A DNA stretch of 24,578 nucleotides, from positions 1 to 24,578 of the IMG/VR virus record IMGVR_UViG_3300032247_000350. One strand, written 5' to 3'. Source of the DNA: a virus (taxonomy: Duplodnaviria > Caudoviricetes). Below are positions 15,843-23,294 of this stretch, one piece after another. Under the pieces are notes generated by a model. That model was not told where the DNA came from, ran no database searches, and worked only from the letters and a program-made list of their open reading frames with translations. The first letter of the stretch is position 1; each line of letters starts with the position of its first letter. Position numbers and translations under genes: made by a program.

Positions 15843-16649
15843 ATTTTTATTCTCCTTATTGTCAAGTATTGGGTCGTGTTCCACAACGGCTTGTGTATCG
15901 GCAGGGATGCTAACGCCTCCCGCATTATATGCCAATTTTGATTCTGCCTTTACGCAAGAACCAGATTCGTATGCCGAAACTCCCTTTGCTGGTTTGTAAC
16001 CTTCCCAGCATCGGAACTTTGTTCCAACTGCGAAAACAAGCATCTCAACATCTTTGCTTTGAAAGTCCCTAAACTTCTCATTTGAGGCAGGGCTAGAAAC
16101 TAGGTCGGCAGATTCAATCCTCTGGGGGCGAATGTAGTCCTTGCCCCCAATAGTTTCAGATTCATTCAAGAAAGCAAGGCTCACCCCAAACTGATCAGGA
16201 GCTTCGTTTGCCATCTCTTTAACTAGGCCGTAATGAGGGGAGCTTTTGAGCAAGTGAAGATCGGCTAATAGCTTGTCTCCCTCGATTCGTGGGTTGCGTG
16301 CAAATCCCAAAACTGCGTCCAATCCAGAGCCGTGATTCATCTTAACCTTCACGCCATTGGGGGCTTGAGACATTAGCTCGTAAGCCTTCTCAATGGAAGT
16401 TTTATCAATAAATAAATCGTGGCCTCTGGCTTCGCCTTGGCTCAAGATATACACATTAGGGATAACTGTGGAATCCTCTTCAAGCCTAGCCTCTTTGCGT
16501 TGCTTTTTCTTTGTGTCCCGATAGGTCTGATAGGCAACTGCCGCCCTTTGCTTAACATCTGGGAAGTCCTTTACGGCTGTCTTGTTGCCCATAAAACGGC
16601 CAACGAAGTCTTTTGTTTTCTCGCCTTTTTCTGGTGTGATTAGGGGCAT
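15444..16649 (-). CDS. Prohead protease with C-terminal scaffold
   Basis: GEARGH, KMNHGS, LLADLHL, FGVSLAF, SADLVSSPASN (His/Ser/Asp pattern of phage maturation proteases); acidic coiled-coil C-terminus. Confidence 0.8.
   Translation of the reverse strand: MPLITPEKGEKTKDFVGRFMGNKTAVKDFPDVKQRAAVAYQTYRDTKKKQRKEARLEEDSTVIPNVYILSQGEARGHDLFIDKTSIEKAYELMSQAPNGVKVKMNHGSGLDAVLGFARNPRIEGDKLLADLHLLKSSPHYGLVKEMANEAPDQFGVSLAFLNESETIGGKDYIRPQRIESADLVSSPASNEKFRDFQSKDVEMLVFAVGTKFRCWEGYKPAKGVSAYESGSCVKAESKLAYNAGGVSIPADTQAVVEHDPILDNKENKNMDKKYMDELSELKARLEALEAAMKPADEAADQAEDKAEGVPVADVPSPEDKVKKDDTQMAEKLKAVLTEFGIKPISASPVVEAPAKVEPKTFEELVAAHSDYGTSKLKAMQAVMLSNPTEYAEAKSRGIIKI
15860..15865 (-). promoter_or_regulatory. 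TTGACA element inside the protease gene, 17 nt upstream of scaffold ATG
   Basis: TTGACA ataaggagaataaaaat ATG. Confidence 0.6.
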
Positions 16650-16653
16650 ATAA

Positions 16654-17031
16654 TTAAACTAGGGTTAATAGGTATTTGAGTTGGTTCACGTTACCAAGAA
16701 TCTCATCTCGGATATTCAATAAGTCCGTGTCACCTTCATTCAAATAACTCGGCAACTCATCAGACAAGAACGAAATAAACTCATCGTTGTATTCCGCAAA
16801 GCCTTCGGAGTAATTGTCTAGGCTAAAGTCAAAGGTAGAGGCAGATATGATTCGTCCATACTTGCCCATAAAGGTTTCCACAAACTCATCAATGTTCTCT
16901 GTAAGAGACTCGTAGATTTCTCCAAAGCTCTTATGTTGGCTATAACTCCTTGTCTGCCAATGAAATATCTTATACTGATTCTGGTAGGTTAGTAGAGTTG
17001 TGAGAATTGTCTCGCCGTTGGCGTTTTCCAT
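16654..17031 (-). CDS. Ferritin/Dps-like four-helix protein (DUF5856-like)
   Basis: KIFHWQTRSYSQHKSFGEIYESLTENIDEFVE and DLLNIRDEI...KYLLTL; Dps-type H-W...H...D..E ligand spacing. Likely start ATG 17031. Confidence 0.75.
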   Translation of the reverse strand: MENANGETILTTLLTYQNQYKIFHWQTRSYSQHKSFGEIYESLTENIDEFVETFMGKYGRIISASTFDFSLDNYSEGFAEYNDEFISFLSDELPSYLNEGDTDLLNIRDEILGNVNQLKYLLTLV

Positions 17032-17047
17032 AATCACCTTCCTAGTT

Positions 17048-17053
17048 TGTCAA
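17048..17053 (-). promoter_or_regulatory. TTGACA element, 16 nt upstream of ATG 17031
   Basis: TAA TTGACA aactaggaaggtgatt ATG, directly after the portal stop. Confidence 0.6.
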
Positions 17054-19513
17054 TTACTTGCTCTTATCTTTAATCGGGCCACCAACAATCCAAGCATCGC
17101 AAGTCCGTTTAGCCGCACATTTGAAATCAAAAATCTCGCAGTAACCAAGATCGCCACCAACTGCTACTTCGTTTGCATCCTCACCAATTCCCTTCTTAAT
17201 GCAACCAAGAAGCTTGTTTGTTTGATTGAAAGCCGCACAATTACCGCAACGCATTTTCTTGGCTGTGGCTACATCGCCTTGAAACTCGTTGGCCTTGGCT
17301 TTCCAATAATCCTCGTTTGGTTCGTTGGGGTTGGCTGGGCCATAGTTTGCGTCGTCCACGGCGTTCTGTCTATTGGCTAAATTGGTTTTGATGTCTTGCG
17401 TTGCGATTGGGCAAGAGGCTGGTTCTTCGAGCTTTTCATCCCGGCTATCCATTTGTTTGATGAGTTTCTTGACCCAAGAAAAGCCAGCATCACCACCCCA
17501 GCCATTCCACGCTTGCCATCCCTTGCCTTGATCGTCCCAGCCTTGACCTTTTTTATCGACTTCGTGACGGCTAAAGAAGGAGTGCATCCTACGAATTGTA
17601 TCTGGCGATAAAGACTTTCCAGCAATCAAATCCCTAGCTCTAGCGATGCCTACAGAAGTCATTCCTCTCTGGCTTGGCGGTTTCTCGCCTCGAACTTCCA
17701 ATGCTCGTTTAGCGGCCTCTCTAGCTCCTTGTGGGGGAGTAAAATCGATATCCGAATACTTTCCTAGTTCGCAAGCATTTAAGATTCCACCAATAAGCAT
17801 TTTTAGGCTTTTGTTGTCTAGCTTGGAAAGTTCCTCTAGGTTGTTATCAATCTGCCTCCCATCAATTTTTTCTGTATCCTCGGTCGCTCCGGGTTCAGTT
17901 GGCTCACGCACTTCGCCCACATCAATATCTCCATCGCCACCAGTTGTTCGACTTTTTGTATCTTGTTCTTTAATGGGCGGGACAATCACAACTGCGTTTT
18001 CATCTTGTGCCTCATCTTGCATCTGTTCTGGTGCTGTTGCTGGCGATCCAAACATAGGAACAGGAATTGGTTTGTTAATATCAGAAATTGTATCTGGTGC
18101 GACTCCGTATTGTTCTGCCAAGTCTTTAACTAGCTTGGCCTCCAACGCTCTCTGCCTCATTGAACTTTCAAAGTCCAATCCCTTCTCTGCATAGATTGAG
18201 CTTGCCGTTGTTAGACCGGCTCTGAACTCTGCGATATTGGCTTGTGCTTCACGAGCTAAATCTATTGAAACATTCGCACCAAAATTGAAAACTCCCTTCG
18301 TGCTTTTGCTCCCAAGGTTATTCGCAATCAATCCCCTAGCCACTCCGTCTGCAATTACAATGTTCTTTAGTGGGCGAAGAACCCTATCCTCTAGGAGTTT
18401 CTGGTATCTGCGGAAAGTGCGTCCTGCTTGTTGCATTTCAAGCCGTGCTGTCGGGCCAGACATCGAGGATGGGTCTACGGCAAAACTATAGGGAATACCA
18501 ACACCCATACAAATGTTTCGTAAAAGAATCTTGTGAAACTCTGCAAACGCACCAGAGGGACGACTCGGACCGTCAGGAAAAATAATGTCCTCATTGACTT
18601 CAAGATAACTGACTTTGCCGGGTTCAATGGTCTCTAGTTTGATGCCCTGATTGTCGGCGTTCAAATCGTTGGTGAGCGTGGAAAGATCGGAAGCGTTATT
18701 ATTATTTCGCTTTACGATTCCAGCTTGTGAGCTTGCATATTTGGCCGCCATCTTTTCAGAAGCAATAATCTCGTAGATGTCCACGCAGTCATTGATAGCC
18801 GTATGAAAAGCAGAAATGCCTCTATACTGGTCAATGCGGAGTGGGTCATAAAGATGGAACGCTTGACTTGCAGGAACGGTTGTTTGAAAAATATAAGCGT
18901 TCCCGTAGGTGCGAAGATAAATGTCATATCCAACTGGTGCACCAGTTTCTTGATCGACGTGAATCCCGCTAATAAGGTTAAGGCTTGTGTAGGTTCTATT
19001 GGGGTCTCCGAGTCTGTCCGCTTCGATTCCCTGCAACCTTAAATTGCCTTGCTGGTCACGGACTAAAACAAAAAGAAAATCTCCATCTCGGAGCATCGAC
19101 ATCATAGCGATTTGCATTAGGAACGACCCGGTGTTTCGTCCAGACAGATCGCACTTGTCCCACCACTCGTTCCAATAAGCCTCTACATCGCTATTGACCT
19201 TGGGGCTTTCTGTTCTGGCTTGGTAAGAGATGTTCCCTGCACAATGACTTGCAAACTTCATCAATAGGCCACGCACCAAACCAACATTCTCTGCCAAGTC
19301 CCTAGAACGCTTGAGCAATTCTACTCGGTCATAGTTTGAGCGAAAACCTTCTGCACCAGACAAAGAGGACGGCCCTCGGCGTTGTCGATTGTATTGAGTC
19401 GCATCATATTCAAATGCTGTGAGCTTTGCCCTAGAAGCCAAACGCTCAACCGCCGCTTGTGGATTAACAAAGGCAATCGCCTTATCAATTAGGTTTAATT
19501 CAACCTTCTTCAC
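17054..19513 (-). CDS. Portal protein (lambda gpB family) with long C-terminal extension
   Basis: RSRDLAEN, LRDGDFL, LQGIEADRL, HLYDPLRIDQYRGIS, GIPYS, TARLE in the first ~480 aa; then an acidic linker and two extra domains. Confidence 0.9.
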   Translation of the reverse strand: MKKVELNLIDKAIAFVNPQAAVERLASRAKLTAFEYDATQYNRQRRGPSSLSGAEGFRSNYDRVELLKRSRDLAENVGLVRGLLMKFASHCAGNISYQARTESPKVNSDVEAYWNEWWDKCDLSGRNTGSFLMQIAMMSMLRDGDFLFVLVRDQQGNLRLQGIEADRLGDPNRTYTSLNLISGIHVDQETGAPVGYDIYLRTYGNAYIFQTTVPASQAFHLYDPLRIDQYRGISAFHTAINDCVDIYEIIASEKMAAKYASSQAGIVKRNNNNASDLSTLTNDLNADNQGIKLETIEPGKVSYLEVNEDIIFPDGPSRPSGAFAEFHKILLRNICMGVGIPYSFAVDPSSMSGPTARLEMQQAGRTFRRYQKLLEDRVLRPLKNIVIADGVARGLIANNLGSKSTKGVFNFGANVSIDLAREAQANIAEFRAGLTTASSIYAEKGLDFESSMRQRALEAKLVKDLAEQYGVAPDTISDINKPIPVPMFGSPATAPEQMQDEAQDENAVVIVPPIKEQDTKSRTTGGDGDIDVGEVREPTEPGATEDTEKIDGRQIDNNLEELSKLDNKSLKMLIGGILNACELGKYSDIDFTPPQGAREAAKRALEVRGEKPPSQRGMTSVGIARARDLIAGKSLSPDTIRRMHSFFSRHEVDKKGQGWDDQGKGWQAWNGWGGDAGFSWVKKLIKQMDSRDEKLEEPASCPIATQDIKTNLANRQNAVDDANYGPANPNEPNEDYWKAKANEFQGDVATAKKMRCGNCAAFNQTNKLLGCIKKGIGEDANEVAVGGDLGYCEIFDFKCAAKRTCDAWIVGGPIKDKSK

Positions 19514-19771
19514 TTATATCATCCCAAGCGAACGAGCAGGGCCGAACTTTGCGTAGGTGGTGCGAACTCGTCCACCAGTCGCTTGCTGAATGGCCAAGGT
19601 CAATTCCGCAATCGTATCTCTTACCTCACCTAGATTCGCCCTTGAAAAAGAACGTCCGGCTATCGAATAGCTTGAACCCGCCACCGCAATCGCTTCAAGA
19701 CAAGTGATATATTTATCACGCAGAGAAGTTAGGGTGGTGAGGGGTAGCCCAATAAAATCACCCTTCGCCAT
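19514..19771 (-). CDS. Head completion protein gpW-like
   Basis: GSSYSIAGRSFSRANLGEVRDTIAEL; between terminase and portal. Likely start ATG 19771 after GAGGAGG. Confidence 0.75.
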   Translation of the reverse strand: MAKGDFIGLPLTTLTSLRDKYITCLEAIAVAGSSYSIAGRSFSRANLGEVRDTIAELTLAIQQATGGRVRTTYAKFGPARSLGMI

Positions 19772-21542
19772 TCTCAACCTCCTCTGTCAAATTTGCGGGA
19801 GAGACTTTTAGCCTTCCGTGAAGTGCCGCACCCACGATATTCATACACTCGCAGTCCATCAAATGATTATTTTTACCAACCTGCTTCCATACAAGCCTTT
19901 CTCTGCCAGTCATAGGATTCTTAACCTTCACCTTAACCTCTGCTTCGATGTGAACCTTCCAGACATCGGGTGTATCCAAGGCAATAAAACCCTCCTCTTT
20001 TAATAGTTGGGCTAGGATGTCTTTGATGGATGGGTTAGACCAACGCCAAACTGGGCAGAGCTTCCATTTCCATCCTGCCTTGCTTTGAATCGCTTTTCCG
20101 CTGAATGGGTCGCCATTAGCAATCCTTGAGTATGGGCGTTGAACCTTTTGTTCATTCACAATCTCGGAGAAGCTGGAACGATCTGAACCGACTAGGGCAA
20201 TAAAGCCCCATTTACAGCAGTGTAGATATACGTCTCTGGTCTGATCGCCTGAATCGATTAGGCAACACTTTGGCTCGACATTAAACTCTTCTTGCTTGGC
20301 TTTTATATCACCCCAAGTTTCTAGCCTACCAGCCCAGACCAACCTAGACTTTCCTTCTAAATCCCAAGCCCTAACCACACACCAAGCGTGAAAACCGCCA
20401 GCTTCCTGAATGTCGCAAGACATAATAAGCTTATCGCCCATACGAACCTCGCCCATTTTGTAAGCACCCGGAACGATCTCCATTTTCTCTGATTCGTGTT
20501 CCATCCAAGGCTCTGCTAAAACTCGGTTCACGAAGTCTTGTAGGCCGATGATTCCGCTATATTTGTCTTGCAGAAACTTAACTGCCAAACTTCCAAAGCT
20601 AACCCAAGGGGCATAGAGGCCGTTCAAGTGATACGAGCGTCTGGCGGGTTCGCCCTTGGGATTGGTTGCCCTCCACTCGCCCTCTCGAAGCATCTTGGTT
20701 TTCTGTCCATCTGTAATCTTGCCCTTGCACCCCTCGCACTCGTAATAAGTCGAGGATTTGACCAACTTAAAATCATAAACCCCATCCTCAATCTTGGCTG
20801 ACTCATCCCACTTCACTTGCCCCCAGATTAGTTTCTGTTTTAGTCCACAATGAGGGCAAGGCACAAAGTAAAAACGCATATCCCCTTTTTGCCATTCAGC
20901 CCAGATAATTGAGTCGGCAGTTGTTGGTGTGCTGGTCGCTATGATAAGATGATTGGGGTAAGTGCTGACTCGTGCCTCTGCAAGTTGAACTGGGTTCGCC
21001 TCTCGCCCTGCCCCTGCTTGCTCTGGGAACTTGTCTACCTCATCCATACACAACAAGGCAATCGAGCGACTAGAAAGAGCCGAGGGGCTAGTGCCAGCCC
21101 ACCAGACCGAGCATCGCTTAAAGTGTTGCTCTAGGATTTTGATTTTGTCGGTGTTGTCTGGCTTTTCTTTGGCTAGGGCTGGGCAATCGTCGATCATTGG
21201 AAGCCACCTAGTTTCTGTAAATGATCTTGCTAAATGCTCGCTAGGCATAACCCACAAGGCTGGGCAGGGTCTTTCTGCTATTCTGTACGCTAGGCCAGCT
21301 AGAATCGTTGTAGTCTTGCTTGTTTGTGCTCCCCACACCAATACTACCCTGCGAATCGAATCGTCGCCAAAAGCCTCTAGCGGTTCACGGACATAGGGCG
21401 TGAGGTTTGTTGAATACGCACCGGGTATGTTCGTTACTCTTGCGGAAAGTGTGAGGTTTTTCTCTGCCCACTCTGGGATTGAAAGTTGTTCCCTTGGCTC
21501 AAAGAATCTTCGGCTGAATGTTCCAGCCTCCGCAATCTTCAT
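19758..21542 (-). CDS. terL: Terminase large subunit (lambda gpA family)
   Basis: TPYVREP, GAQTSKT (Walker A variant), LCMDEVD (Walker B), STPT, CPHC...CEGC, SYHLNGLYAPW, nuclease SCDIQ, IDSG, NHLMDC. Confidence 0.95.
   Translation of the reverse strand: MKIAEAGTFSRRFFEPREQLSIPEWAEKNLTLSARVTNIPGAYSTNLTPYVREPLEAFGDDSIRRVVLVWGAQTSKTTTILAGLAYRIAERPCPALWVMPSEHLARSFTETRWLPMIDDCPALAKEKPDNTDKIKILEQHFKRCSVWWAGTSPSALSSRSIALLCMDEVDKFPEQAGAGREANPVQLAEARVSTYPNHLIIATSTPTTADSIIWAEWQKGDMRFYFVPCPHCGLKQKLIWGQVKWDESAKIEDGVYDFKLVKSSTYYECEGCKGKITDGQKTKMLREGEWRATNPKGEPARRSYHLNGLYAPWVSFGSLAVKFLQDKYSGIIGLQDFVNRVLAEPWMEHESEKMEIVPGAYKMGEVRMGDKLIMSCDIQEAGGFHAWCVVRAWDLEGKSRLVWAGRLETWGDIKAKQEEFNVEPKCCLIDSGDQTRDVYLHCCKWGFIALVGSDRSSFSEIVNEQKVQRPYSRIANGDPFSGKAIQSKAGWKWKLCPVWRWSNPSIKDILAQLLKEEGFIALDTPDVWKVHIEAEVKVKVKNPMTGRERLVWKQVGKNNHLMDCECMNIVGAALHGRLKVSPANLTEEVENGEG
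19785..19790 (-). promoter_or_regulatory. TTGACA element inside the terL 3' end, 13 nt upstream of gpW ATG
   Basis: TTGACA gaggaggttgaga ATG. Confidence 0.6.
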
Positions 21543-21844
21543 CTCTTAACCATATATCCACGTTCATACGCCCAAGCTGGGTTATGATGGATTTCGTGAT
21601 GGCACTCGAAGCACACCGCCAAGAAAAACTCCACCTCATTTAGCCTATCCCCAAACCTTCCTCGCCTATGGTGAACTTGGCTCGCCATCTTGCAACGGCA
21701 CACTTGGCATACTGGGTTGTTGGTTAAAAACTTCTCTCGAACATCTTTATAGACCTCGTTCTGGCCTTTTCTCTTTGCAGATGCTCGGCGTAGTTTCCCA
21801 CCTCGCTTGAGTGGAGTTTTGCGTTTGAGTGGAGAGCGTTTCAT
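21539..21844 (-). CDS. HNH endonuclease
   Basis: CQVC...HHRRGR...VCFECHHEIH; basic N-terminus; adjacent to terminase. Confidence 0.85.
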   Translation of the reverse strand: MKRSPLKRKTPLKRGGKLRRASAKRKGQNEVYKDVREKFLTNNPVCQVCRCKMASQVHHRRGRFGDRLNEVEFFLAVCFECHHEIHHNPAWAYERGYMVKR

Positions 21845-22594
21845 CCGTCATAGCATCCACAAGGAACTTCATCTGGCAAGTCCTCAAATAATTTCATTTG
21901 GCTTGCATCCGACTTAATTAAGTCCTCCCATTTCCAATTCCTTCCAAGACCAACAACCGAAGTAAGGTTTGCATTTTTTTCCATTTGAATTGCCCTTTCC
22001 GCAAGTTGTGGGTGATTTTTGGCAAGATTAAGCACTTCGTGTTTTTTCATGGCTGGGCAAAAGAAGCACGATGATTTGGCTGGTTTAAATCCGGCCTCAC
22101 GGACAACCTCAACGCACTTTGCACGAATCCATCCCCATCGAACAAGGGGGTATTCATATATATATTTTTTATCATCATAAAATTTAACTCGATGGGATTC
22201 CCCCGCATCATAACCAATCAATTTTAATACCTGCCCCCCCCCCCTGCCAGCATTCTTTGGCTGGGTTCCAGTTATTGCAGAACTTGTCTTGTGGTTGAAT
22301 CTTGTATTTTTGAGAACAGCTTTTGAACCCATAGGCCAAGCTTGGCAACATTTTCATTCGCTGACAATTTTCTTCGAGCGTTTCCTTTTTATACTTTACC
22401 CATTCGATCTTGGGCATCTTGTGGGCTTCTAGCCATTTTGAAAACTTATTCACAAATTCGTATGTCTCTGGAAGTTCTCCGCCTGTGTCGGCAAACAAAA
22501 TAAGGTCTGGGATAACTTCCCTTTTTTGCATTTCAATAAGCATAGCCGCAGAGTTGGTTCCTCCTCCAAAGGCAACAATGCATGGGGTTTTCAT
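21841..22594 (-). pseudogene. PAPS-reductase-family (PP-loop) gene split by one extra base in a G11 tract
   Basis: N-half IVAFGGGTNS, LFADTGGELPETY, SCSQKYKIQP; C-half LIGYDAGESHR, YPLV, KSSCFFCP. Removing one G joins both ORFs into 250 aa. Confidence 0.8.
22234..22244. repeat. C11/G11 homopolymer
   Basis: 11 consecutive C on the plus strand, at the frame break. Confidence 0.9.
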
Positions 22595-22665
22595 CGGTCA
22601 AAGAATGGAAGCACTATGCCCAGAAAGCATAAAGCACACAAGATGATTAAGAAGCACTCGTTCAC
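22591..22665 (-). CDS. 24-aa hydrophobic micro-protein
   Basis: My translation MNECFLIILCALCFLGIVLPFFDR; GTGA overlap with the terS stop and ATGA overlap with the next start. Confidence 0.5.
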   Translation of the reverse strand: MNECFLIILCALCFLGIVLPFFDR

Positions 22666-23261
22666 TTAAATGCTCCCTCGCCCTTTTGTATTGTGATAAA
22701 GATTTGGTTCACTCCGTCCTGAATGGCTTGCTTGGCACATTCTGGATCGCTGGGATTTGCTCTGGCCGCAAGGCTGGATGGCATCGCATCGAGCAACGCT
22801 CTGATTCCTCCGTGCCATTTGGTTATCCACTCTTGCACCTCGTCCATTCTCAAGGTGACTCGATTCATTTCTTCCCAGCGAGCGTGTTCCATTTCGGCCT
22901 CTGCGACTCGCTTTTTTGCTTCGCCCCATCCTTGAACTGCGGCTCGCATAGCGACTGGGTTTTGATTGTTTGCCGCCGTAGCTACCAATGAGTAAGCAAC
23001 TACCTCGGCTTGCTTCGCTCGATTCAATCTGCCAAGCGAGGTTTTTGATTTGTATGACTCGGCATCCGAGTCTTTTAATGGCTCTGATGAGGTCTGGGAT
23101 GGTGTCCGGGCTATCTGTGATTTGCTTACTCGCTTCTGATTTGCGAGCCTCCATCTTTGAGCGTCTGACTCGGAAGTGAGGGGCATACCTCGCTTTACCA
23201 TTCGAGACAACTGCCCCGCATCGATGCCCCACTTTTCTCGGAGTTCTTTTTGGGTAATCAT
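22662..23261 (-). CDS. terS: Terminase small subunit (Nu1-like)
   Basis: N-terminal HTH ITQKELREKWGIDAGQLSRMVKRGMP, coiled coil, C-terminal LLDAMPSSLA; upstream of terL. Confidence 0.75.
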   Translation of the reverse strand: MITQKELREKWGIDAGQLSRMVKRGMPLTSESDAQRWRLANQKRVSKSQIARTPSQTSSEPLKDSDAESYKSKTSLGRLNRAKQAEVVAYSLVATAANNQNPVAMRAAVQGWGEAKKRVAEAEMEHARWEEMNRVTLRMDEVQEWITKWHGGIRALLDAMPSSLAARANPSDPECAKQAIQDGVNQIFITIQKGEGAFK

Positions 23262-23294
23262 TGGCTAGGGTAACTGCGGAGGGATAGTCCTCAT

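Noticed and set aside
413-19790. Reading the TTGACA copies as ordinary sigma70 -35 boxes
   Set aside because: With a 16-18 bp spacer the -10 box would overlap the ATG and the transcript would start inside the gene; no consistent TATAAT at that distance.
22245-22332. Independent start for the 21841..22332 ORF
   Set aside because: Residues before the G-tract are out-of-frame sequence of the upstream half; the ORF is the C-terminal half of one gene.
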